Shown one piece after another: positions 56,481 to 64,000 of a DNA stretch of 64,000 bases (within the stretch, counting starts at the first letter, position 1; every line of letters starts with the position of its first letter). Where the stretch lies: IMG/VR virus record IMGVR_UViG_3300046820_000495, positions 1 to 64,000 of that record, one strand, 5' to 3'. The DNA comes from a virus. Under the pieces are notes generated by a model. That model did not search any database. It worked only from the letters and a program-made list of their open reading frames with translations, and was not told the DNA's origin. Made by a program: the position numbers and the translations under genes.

Positions 56481-57197
56481 CTAACTGGGTAGGTTCTGTA
56501 CCCAGTTAATGACATCAGTGTATGCATTGAGGCAAACACTTCCGTGGTCATCATTGGTCACAATCCACGAGCTGTAAGCAGTCTTTGGTACTGGATCGTA
56601 GATAAATTCTTTGGTAATGGCCTGTGTGGTATCATTGGATCCACTGACCATTATCACATTCAATTGTCTAGTGATTCGTCTTACATTGGTTGCCATGTTG
56701 GCATTGCCTTCTGGATCAAAGTAACTAAGGTAGCAACTGGGACGGGCCTGGAGTGCCAGGATATCAATGGCACTCCAGTCTACAAACTCAGTGACATCAT
56801 CATTGCCTTCTGCTGTCAGACGTTTGGCCTTGGCCACTGACCATTTGACCACGTACTGCATTCTGGGATGGTGAATGTTATGTGCGCCAGCTAGGCCAAT
56901 GATACTGTCAAAGTCGCTGTTGCGTATAGCATAGTAAAAGGAAATACTAACGCCCATACTATGGCCAACCAAGTGTATTTTTGTTGCACCACCGGCACGT
57001 AGACGTTGAATACCTGCACGTAATTCAGCTTCAGTTTCTTCAAATTTACTATGGTATAATGAGTTGATGCCCCAAGAATATGCTTGGTAATCTACCAGCA
57101 ACCCATCTTCAATCATTTTGTTTGCCAATGGGGTAATTGAGCAACTGGGGTTGTTAGGGCCAGAACCCTTGCCGTGTAGTATTAAAAAGCCATCCAT
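56481..57197 (-). CDS. Alpha/beta hydrolase
   Basis: LHGKG, GHSMG, G-ND, H. Confidence 0.8.
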   Translation of the reverse strand: MDGFLILHGKGSGPNNPSCSITPLANKMIEDGLLVDYQAYSWGINSLYHSKFEETEAELRAGIQRLRAGGATKIHLVGHSMGVSISFYYAIRNSDFDSIIGLAGAHNIHHPRMQYVVKWSVAKAKRLTAEGNDDVTEFVDWSAIDILALQARPSCYLSYFDPEGNANMATNVRRITRQLNVIMVSGSNDTTQAITKEFIYDPVPKTAYSSWIVTNDDHGSVCLNAYTDVINWVQNLPS

Positions 57198-57305
57198 GCA
57201 GTATATAACTCATTTAGATCATGGGCTTTTGCCAAATATACTTGTGTACTAATTCAAAATCATCACTGACGTCTGGAAAATATACTTGCTCAAACTTATG
57301 AGAAA

Positions 57306-57384
57306 TGGTGGGCCGTCTTGGAGTCGAACCAAGCACCAATGGATTATGAGTCCACTGCTCTAACCAAGCATGAGCTAACGGCCC
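57306..57384 (-). tRNA. tRNA with CAU anticodon, probably tRNA-Ile2 (lysidine type), CCA encoded
   Basis: Cloverleaf: GGGCCGT/ACGGCCC acceptor, GCTC/GAGC D stem, GTGGA-CTCATAA-TCCAT, CTTGG-TTCGACT-CCAAG, ACCA; paired G1-C72 excludes initiator. Confidence 0.9.
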
Positions 57385-57393
57385 TATACACGT

Positions 57394-57422
57394 ATTGTAC
57401 TGTAGTAAAGCCGCGCTGTCAA
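57394..57422 (-). promoter_or_regulatory. sigma70-type promoter for the tRNA
   Basis: TTGACA-17-TACAAT. Confidence 0.8.
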
Positions 57423-57425
57423 TGA

Positions 57426-58247
57426 TTATTCTGCGTTCTTACCACACTTGGCACGTTTGGCATTGGTTAGGGCACCAAAGTCCACTGGCCATTCTGAACC
57501 TACAGCTACTTCTTTAGCGCCAGCTGGGTATTCATAACTGACACCAGCTTCCTTTTGTATCTGTGCTATGTTTACACGGAACTTGGTCAAGTCATTGCCC
57601 AGGTTAACATAAGGCCTGGTATGCGGGAATCTCCAACCTGCTATTTCTTTTGTAGCATTATTGATTACAATTTTATAATACCCATGTGGTACAATAACTC
57701 GACCTGCACCAATTGTCTCATTACCAGCACCATACATAGCGCCAACGTATATGGTAAAAGCCTGGTTGCGTTGGACTGTCCAACCTCTTATAGATGTCTC
57801 TAACAACTTCCATATTCCCCGATTTAAAGAGCCGTGTTGAGGATACATGTTTGTCATTAAAAAACTTTCGTACTCCACAATGGCTGACCATGATAAATCA
57901 CCGTCTGGGGCCGCATGTCCTTTGTCATAGCCTGTGCCAGCGTAGTCATCTGGCTTGGCACCTGTGCCGCCCAAACTTTGATCAGCAACAAAGGCATTGG
58001 TGCGTGGGAAGCATCCTAATGCGTTGGGCGGTGTTAGTGTATAACTTACATACGCAGGAATCTTAACAGGAGCGTCATACGCTACTAGATAAGCTTCACG
58101 GCAAATTGGTTTGACGTCGCGCTTGGTATCGGCGAAGCCGTAGGGTGCATGAACTTTACAAGCGGCCAAGGGCAATGGCGGTCGTTGTTCCCATGCATGT
58201 GATAGGTTAGCAAAAAGTGCAAATGCTAATACTACTAGGTGTTTCAT
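57426..58247 (-). CDS. Secreted DNA/RNA non-specific endonuclease (NucA/EndoG family)
   Basis: Signal peptide, YDKGH-AP, F-MTNM-PQ-LNRG-W-LE, VP-YK. Confidence 0.9.
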   Translation of the reverse strand: MKHLVVLAFALFANLSHAWEQRPPLPLAACKVHAPYGFADTKRDVKPICREAYLVAYDAPVKIPAYVSYTLTPPNALGCFPRTNAFVADQSLGGTGAKPDDYAGTGYDKGHAAPDGDLSWSAIVEYESFLMTNMYPQHGSLNRGIWKLLETSIRGWTVQRNQAFTIYVGAMYGAGNETIGAGRVIVPHGYYKIVINNATKEIAGWRFPHTRPYVNLGNDLTKFRVNIAQIQKEAGVSYEYPAGAKEVAVGSEWPVDFGALTNAKRAKCGKNAE

Positions 58248-58273
58248 TTGAGTATCCTTTAAAACAATACTTA

Positions 58274-59731
58274 TCAGTGAACGGGTATATTATGTAATGT
58301 TTGGAATCTTACAGCGTCTGCCCAGGAGTTGACCAAGGGTTCGCCTTTGATATTTAGGCTGGTGTTCATTAGGATAGGGCAACCTGTACGACGATTCCAT
58401 TCTTCCAGGATACTACGGAACACAGGATTATCTTGACGTGTTACTGTTTGAACTCTACTGGAATTGTCCACATGGCACACACCCGGCAACATGTCTGGTA
58501 GTCTGCAACGTGCCACAAACTGCATATAAGGACTAGACTTAACAGGCATATCAAAGTATGTGTCTGCAGATTCTGCTAATACAGCAGGCGCAAATGGCCT
58601 AAACTGTTCACGCCGCTTAATAGAGTTCATTCTAGGTTTTGCATCCGACCCTCTAGGATCGCAAAGTAAACTTCGGTTGCCAAGTGCCCTTGGACCAAAC
58701 TCGGCTCTGCCGTTAGCCAATGCCACAACACGGCCTGCTTCAAGGTCATCCACAATTGCATTAACATCTACGTCCCTTTCAATATTTGTGCCCAAGTAAG
58801 GGCCTTCCCACGTTAAATGGCGTTGGGTGTGTGCGGCCACTGCTCCTAAAGCACTTCCAGCATCGCCTGGATTGGGCATAATCCATACTTCTTTAAATAA
58901 ACCGCTACGAGCAATAACGCTGTTGGCTACACAATTAAGCGCAACGCCTCCCATGAATACCAAGTTGTCACTGACAGTATTAGAGCGCATCACTAATATT
59001 GTTTCTAGTAGGTATTCTTCAATTAATTTCTGTACACTAGCGGCAATGTCAAATTTACTAGCAGTGGGATCCTTAGGTTCCCACCATAAGCAACCACGAT
59101 GTAAATTATGACGTAATTTAAAGTCAGGTGGCGCCCATTTAGTAAAGAATGTTTCGCGTAATTCTTCTAAGTATTTGGGTGTGCCGTGTGCGGCCATGCC
59201 CATTAAAATATATTCTTCTTCGTTGGGCTTTAGGCCCAACCACTGTGTCATTGCTGTGTAAAATAATCCCATGCTGTCTGGGTATTTTTTAGCCCAGCGG
59301 CGTGTCATTTGATCTTTACGAGCTTCCCATATGCTTACACTATCCCATTCGCCAATTGCATCTACTACTAATATTGACGCATCTTCAAATGGACTTGTAT
59401 AATATCCTGCTGCCGCATGGCTTTCATGATGCCCTACATAATCAACAGGCAGGGAATTTAATCCTACTAAACGTAATTGATCACGCGGACTTACAATCCA
59501 AGGACGCTGTCCGGAAAATAGTCTGCGTAAATTCTTTTGAAAAGGCTTTTCAAACCAAACAATTTGTGTAGGTTCACCATATTGTCGCATTTCTTTAACC
59601 ATGTCAGCATCTAACATAGTATCATTCTTTACTCTACTGTAGCGTTCACTGTGTGCCGCCCAAACAATTCGATCCCCATCGATCAGTGCCATGCTGGCAT
59701 CGTGGTTCTGCGATGTAATACCTAGTATCAT
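58274..59731 (-). CDS. Carbamoyltransferase (NodU/CmcH/TobZ family)
   Basis: HD-S, ER-SR-K, HH-SHA, DAIGE, MGMA, GGVALN, GDAG, EFGPRALG-RS, RPFAP, NTSLN. Confidence 0.93.
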   Translation of the reverse strand: MILGITSQNHDASMALIDGDRIVWAAHSERYSRVKNDTMLDADMVKEMRQYGEPTQIVWFEKPFQKNLRRLFSGQRPWIVSPRDQLRLVGLNSLPVDYVGHHESHAAAGYYTSPFEDASILVVDAIGEWDSVSIWEARKDQMTRRWAKKYPDSMGLFYTAMTQWLGLKPNEEEYILMGMAAHGTPKYLEELRETFFTKWAPPDFKLRHNLHRGCLWWEPKDPTASKFDIAASVQKLIEEYLLETILVMRSNTVSDNLVFMGGVALNCVANSVIARSGLFKEVWIMPNPGDAGSALGAVAAHTQRHLTWEGPYLGTNIERDVDVNAIVDDLEAGRVVALANGRAEFGPRALGNRSLLCDPRGSDAKPRMNSIKRREQFRPFAPAVLAESADTYFDMPVKSSPYMQFVARCRLPDMLPGVCHVDNSSRVQTVTRQDNPVFRSILEEWNRRTGCPILMNTSLNIKGEPLVNSWADAVRFQTLHNIPVH

Positions 59732-59732
59732 A

Positions 59733-59846
59733 TCAATAGATAAATGGATCTCGTTTGCGTAATTCTTCCATACGCTTTTTAATTCTGCGTTTTTCTTTAT
59801 AATTGCGGTACGGGGCTAATAGTAAATCAAGTAATTTCTTAAACAT
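59733..59846 (-). CDS. 37-aa basic peptide ending RDPFIY
   Basis: Manual translation MFKKLLDLLLAPYRNYKKKRRIKKRMEELRKRDPFIY; SD GGAG; TAAGTA at 59864-59869. Confidence 0.7.
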   Translation of the reverse strand: MFKKLLDLLLAPYRNYKEKRRIKKRMEELRKRDPFIY

Positions 59847-59866
59847 GGCTGTCTCCTGTCAATTAC

Positions 59867-61936
59867 TTATTGCCACGTACCAGTATCGTTGTATCTGTGA
59901 GTAAAAGAAAAGTCCCAAGTCTTACGTTCTTCTAATAATGCTATTTCTTCTGAATATTCTTCATTGGTAAACTGGCTTTCTCCACCACTGCCAGGCAATG
60001 CTAGCTTACGAGCACGTCGAGCCGCCACAGAGTCAGCACGACTAAACTCACTGTAGTGCCAAGCATCGTCACGTTGAACAAAATCGTAGTAGAAATCCGC
60101 TATCCAATGTCCATTTGTGTCAATGTCAAACTTGAATACACCTGTAAAGTTACAGCCCATCCTATCACCAAACTCTCTATTACTGAATTCTGGGGTAATA
60201 GTCATGTCTAGTGTATAAGCACCGCGACTGCGCCACATTAGTCGTAGCAATGGCCATATTTCATTTACAAGACTATCAGCAAAATCACTGATTCCAGGCT
60301 TGATAATGTTGTAGTCAAACACTTCGTACTCTACTTCACGTACCACGCTGTTATCAAAGTTTAATTGGCATATATCATTGACACCACTGCGATTGGTAAA
60401 GTCAATATTTTCCTCTGTTACAATATTATTAAGGAATATATTAAATGTAGTCAGGCGAATTAGTCTATGCACCTTGCTGTTAGCCGAGTCCTTGGTAATC
60501 CAATTACCTTCAAAATAGCTTTTAGCAATATTATACTTGTCAGTGTTCTGCGCTAAGATAGTGTCAGGCGGAATAGTAAAACCGTGTCCGGCGCTTACGT
60601 TGGTTAAATTGTTGTTGCGGTTACGCCAAATAAAGGTCATTGACTCATAAAAGTCCTGTGGAGTTTCTGTAGGGAAACCAATAATCCAATTTGAAAACGC
60701 TTCTACCCCTACCTCCTTACCGTGACGCAGATTCTGTTCCATTTCCTCTACAGTGACACCCTTGTCCATGTCGGCCAAGACCCGGGTACTACCCGATTCA
60801 ATTCCGTAGCTTAGGCTAATACAGCCTGATTCCGCCAGGTCTTTGTAGTATTCCAAGTCCATACGTCCGTCACAGCGAGCATAACCTGTCCATGCAATTT
60901 TCATTTCACGGGCAATTACGCCTTTACAGAACGCACGTAGCTCATTTAAGTTCCCATTTACCAAGCTGTCCAAGAACCAAATAACATTGACGCCACGATT
61001 AAAATACAAGTCTGCTACTTCTTCTAAGATGTTACGTGCCATGCGTCCGCGATACTTCCAAAAGTGTGTTTCGCTACAGAATACACATTTAGCTGTACAG
61101 CCGCGGCTTAGTTCTGCGTTAACACCGTTAGGAAATCCATAGTCTAGTGGGTCAAAATAGCTATAATCCGGACTAGGCAGTTGATCTAAGTCTAGTCGCT
61201 GACCATCTGTTTGACGTAACCAGCGTTGCTTACCATCAAACTGGCCTGTTTCTATTTCTTCTAATGCTTCTAGTAGTAGCTGTTCGCCTTCCCCTGTGAT
61301 AATATAATCATATTCAGATTCAGGTTGCCAGTAACTTTGATGACATTGTGGGCCACCTACCATTACTAATATATGCGGATAGCGGCGCTTTAATTCTTTT
61401 ACCATCCACTTGGTAGGTTCTTGATTACAGTAGTAAAGACTAAAGCCCACCACAGTGGGATTCATTTCCCCAATTTTATCTAAATATTGATTTAAAAAAG
61501 GCTCTACGTATTTGTGCAAATATTCGTAATAATGATTGTCCATCCAACGCCATTCGCGTGAACCATCCCAAGGGTTAAAGTCCAAGCCTGGCCAGTTACC
61601 GTGGTCTTTGTGTGCTTTGGCGTTTAAATCAAATGCGTGTGTAGCGTAACCAGCGTCACGAGTAATAGCGGCTAATCGTGCTATGTTGTAAGGAGGAAAG
61701 TTATGTGCCCACTCTGGCAGCAACATAAACACAATGCTGGTAGCTCGTGTAGCAGGTGTTATCGCCACTTGCGTTAAATTACTCTGTGGTTTAGCACGAG
61801 CAAAGGGTTGCAGGGCTTCTAGAACCTTACGGTGTTTGGCATCATAGTCTTCTTCTGTTTTAGCTACAGGCTTGGTTTCTTTTAAGGCGTAAATCTTTTG
61901 CCAGCCGTATACACTATTTTCTTTGGGTTTAGTCAT
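59867..61936 (-). CDS. B12-binding radical SAM enzyme
   Basis: VGFS, GGP, GEGE B12-domain motifs; SRGCTAKCVFC; GIESGS; IGFPTET. Confidence 0.9.
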   Translation of the reverse strand: MTKPKENSVYGWQKIYALKETKPVAKTEEDYDAKHRKVLEALQPFARAKPQSNLTQVAITPATRATSIVFMLLPEWAHNFPPYNIARLAAITRDAGYATHAFDLNAKAHKDHGNWPGLDFNPWDGSREWRWMDNHYYEYLHKYVEPFLNQYLDKIGEMNPTVVGFSLYYCNQEPTKWMVKELKRRYPHILVMVGGPQCHQSYWQPESEYDYIITGEGEQLLLEALEEIETGQFDGKQRWLRQTDGQRLDLDQLPSPDYSYFDPLDYGFPNGVNAELSRGCTAKCVFCSETHFWKYRGRMARNILEEVADLYFNRGVNVIWFLDSLVNGNLNELRAFCKGVIAREMKIAWTGYARCDGRMDLEYYKDLAESGCISLSYGIESGSTRVLADMDKGVTVEEMEQNLRHGKEVGVEAFSNWIIGFPTETPQDFYESMTFIWRNRNNNLTNVSAGHGFTIPPDTILAQNTDKYNIAKSYFEGNWITKDSANSKVHRLIRLTTFNIFLNNIVTEENIDFTNRSGVNDICQLNFDNSVVREVEYEVFDYNIIKPGISDFADSLVNEIWPLLRLMWRSRGAYTLDMTITPEFSNREFGDRMGCNFTGVFKFDIDTNGHWIADFYYDFVQRDDAWHYSEFSRADSVAARRARKLALPGSGGESQFTNEEYSEEIALLEERKTWDFSFTHRYNDTGTWQ

Positions 61937-63092
61937 CTTGCCATTCTGCTAAAAAATCAGGCCATAATTCATTAAATGAATACTTTTTATCATTTAAGTA
62001 TTTTACTTCTGTCGCGTGTGTCCAGTCAGTGAATTCTAGTTTCTTTATTAACCATTCATCACCTGTGCGACCAATGGTTGGGATAAGCTGGCTTCTAATG
62101 TTTTCTAGTGCTGACATATCATAGCCGCTTGAGCTGTATTTGGCTATACATAGATCCAACTCTGCTAAAGCTTTGCGCTTAAAGTTGTCTGGCAATTTGA
62201 ATACGTTTAAGCTACGAATGTTTTGTATAGCGCACCAGTATACTTCATTGAAATAACCTTCTCCGATAACGAAGTCATAGTACTCGCATAAGTTAAATGC
62301 TGAGTATGTACAGTATAAGGGATGTGCGTTAATAGTTTTGACACCTTGTGCATTAAGATATCGCAAGTTAGACACAAAGGTTGTCCATTCTGCACCGTGA
62401 CGTACATATTCAAATCTCTTGTCCACTGTGTCAAAGCTGATGCCCCACTGTGCGTTTGGGTTGGCTATCAACTTGGGTGCTATTGTGTTATTGGGCAGGT
62501 CAATGCTTAGATTGCTTAGTATGTAATAGTTCTTTGTAGGCAGTAAATCAATTAGCCGATGATTTTGCTTTTGTAGCAAAGGCTCGCCGCCTAGTAGATT
62601 AATTGTTTCAATGCTGTCAACAGAGTTGATATTTTCAGCTATTAGCGTAAACAAGCTGTCTTCTGCTTCGGCCTTGTTGGCATTGATCTTAATACCTTTG
62701 AGTACACTCCATTTACTGCTGAAATATTCATAGCAGTAATTGCAGGCCAGATTACACAAGTTGCTCCAGCGTAGATCCAGCTTTTGAAGTTCAAATGTTT
62801 CTTTTGTTGCTGATTCAAACTCTTCAAATTTTTGAACACTATTGGTATCAACTCGTTCACTTCTGGCCCCCATTGCTTCTAGCTTTTGGCATTGGGCACA
62901 TTGTGGATGCCAGCGTTCTTCTACAATGGCCTGACGTATGCCTTGTGCTGTAGGACCTTGTAGTATTTCTTGTATGCTTTGCTTGTTGATATCGCCTATG
63001 TCCATTTCAGCACTACAGCAGGTTTTAACCCCGCCGTCTGCGCCTAAGAAAATAGTATTAAATGGGTAAGCGCAAAAGGTTTCTTTATTCAT
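61929..63092 (-). CDS. Radical SAM protein with N-terminal twitch/SPASM-like domain
   Basis: C-PF, G-V-CC, C-C then NLCNLACNYC, SS-W, GGEPL. Confidence 0.88.
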   Translation of the reverse strand: MNKETFCAYPFNTIFLGADGGVKTCCSAEMDIGDINKQSIQEILQGPTAQGIRQAIVEERWHPQCAQCQKLEAMGARSERVDTNSVQKFEEFESATKETFELQKLDLRWSNLCNLACNYCYEYFSSKWSVLKGIKINANKAEAEDSLFTLIAENINSVDSIETINLLGGEPLLQKQNHRLIDLLPTKNYYILSNLSIDLPNNTIAPKLIANPNAQWGISFDTVDKRFEYVRHGAEWTTFVSNLRYLNAQGVKTINAHPLYCTYSAFNLCEYYDFVIGEGYFNEVYWCAIQNIRSLNVFKLPDNFKRKALAELDLCIAKYSSSGYDMSALENIRSQLIPTIGRTGDEWLIKKLEFTDWTHATEVKYLNDKKYSFNELWPDFLAEWQDD

Positions 63093-63996
63093 TGTTTAAT
63101 AATTTATTCATTAATGCATCAGCAAGTTGCTCGTGGTATTCCACGTGTGCATGATAAAATCCATGAACTTGTGAATCGTTTCGCCAGTCAATGAGTTTGC
63201 TCAAGCACATGTCATGATCAACAATGCTTCTTAACTTGTGAGTATTGGTTGCCATACACATAAAACGTGGATTCAGCTTTTTATCCTGGACAAAACTGGC
63301 ATAGTCATCCATGGTGCAATGTAGATACTGTACTAATAATCTGCCGCCAAGTTCCTGACTCAGCAGGTCCAGATAGCGCAAAGAAGCATAGTAGTTAAAA
63401 AATAAAAAGTATTCGTCCCCAATATGTTCAACAAATTCATTGTGGAAACGCTCGCTAGGCCAGTATTTAGGATGACCAATGATTGGGGTAGCAGGCCATG
63501 GCCATCCAAATCGTTCTTTTTTGTCAAAGTACATCCAGCGTTCCATGCTAGTTGCGCCAACTAGTATTAGATCATATTCAGTTAGTACACCTGAGGACAA
63601 ATCTTGTTCAATCATGTAAATCATTCCTTGCATACCGCTGCCAGGTATGCCACGATTTAAAATAGGAACATCAAGTCGTTTGGCAAGTTGTCCGGCCCAA
63701 CTGAGTTTGGACTGAGTATCTAATACTGTTTTATCGCCCAAGAATGGATAATCAGTGTAAAAGTCATTGGCGCCAGTGGCTGAATATTTTCGTTTTATCT
63801 TATCAACTTCTCCACGTGACGCGGGCGTTGGCCAAAACAAATGATCAGCCAATTCACTGCCTGCTGTGTGACTGCATCCGTACGCTACAACTCTATTAAA
63901 TTTAATAGTTTGACCGTTCCGAGTGATAGACTTTAACGGAAGCATTTCCCAGTCTGAATGAAGTATTTCAATAACCTCAGGTCGCAATTGATACAA
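63085..63996 (-). CDS. SGNH/GDSL-like protein (start uncertain at window edge)
   Basis: YGCSHTAG block I, W-LA-L, N-G-PG-G, C-terminal H. Confidence 0.6.
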   Translation of the reverse strand: MYQLRPEVIEILHSDWEMLPLKSITRNGQTIKFNRVVAYGCSHTAGSELADHLFWPTPASRGEVDKIKRKYSATGANDFYTDYPFLGDKTVLDTQSKLSWAGQLAKRLDVPILNRGIPGSGMQGMIYMIEQDLSSGVLTEYDLILVGATSMERWMYFDKKERFGWPWPATPIIGHPKYWPSERFHNEFVEHIGDEYFLFFNYYASLRYLDLLSQELGGRLLVQYLHCTMDDYASFVQDKKLNPRFMCMATNTHKLRSIVDHDMCLSKLIDWRNDSQVHGFYHAHVEYHEQLADALMNKLLNNE

Positions 63997-64000
63997 TGAA

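Noticed and set aside
57230-57290. Direct repeat aaatatacttg downstream of the tRNA as att site or ribozyme
   Set aside because: Only 11 bp of AT-rich sequence; no tRNA 3' duplication, integrase or HDV-like fold visible
1-64000. Numerous antisense or nested ORFs in the track (for example 663-1067, 9983-10360, 11555-11959, 22588-23067, 26882-27412, 51120-51806)
   Set aside because: They lie opposite or within well-supported genes, lack SD or motifs, and are explained by codon bias leaving the reverse frame open
1-64000. Stop-codon recoding (TAG or TGA) as seen in some large phages
   Set aside because: Conserved proteins are full length in the standard code; TAG (41536, 46594, 56481) and TGA both end genes at sensible positions

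Overview
Gene-dense, AT-rich segment of a large tailed dsDNA phage genome (jumbo/huge-phage-like), mostly transcribed on the minus strand and read with the standard genetic code. The host is inferred to be Gram-negative (spanin pair, Proteobacteria-like ErpA/ClpA/ClpS/IF-1). Layout: (1) 1-9.1 kb virion/tail cluster with an S8 protease (truncated by the window edge) and a collagen-like fibre; (2) 9.1-21.3 kb host-like proteostasis, translation and replication genes (ClpA, DnaJ, spanins, IF-1, PhoH, clamp loader, GroES, a DnaE fragment, ErpA, QueD); (3) 21-31.5 kb small early genes under near-consensus sigma70 promoters, including a DGQHR/GIY-YIG/HNH-like three-gene cassette; (4) 31.6-49.3 kb and 54-64 kb a large tailoring-enzyme arsenal (eight 2OG-Fe(II)-type oxygenases, three radical SAM enzymes, three PP-loop ATP pyrophosphatases, carbamoyltransferase, aldo-keto reductase, SGNH-like protein, MTA/SAH nucleosidase), mostly behind a recurring TAANTA putative late-promoter motif; (5) 49.9-52.3 kb ClpS, Hsp20, bS21, ClpX, then tRNA-Ile(CAU). 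The best candidates for novelty are a preQ1-I-like pseudoknot ahead of phage queD, a roughly 185-nt ORF-free structured RNA with its own promoter (41951-42133), a ROSE-like thermometer ahead of hsp20, a PP-loop/Asn-synthetase-like operon converging on three paralogous small late proteins, widespread predicted leaderless mRNAs, and an 18-bp palindromic operator at early promoters. All family calls come from motif recognition by eye; no database search was run.
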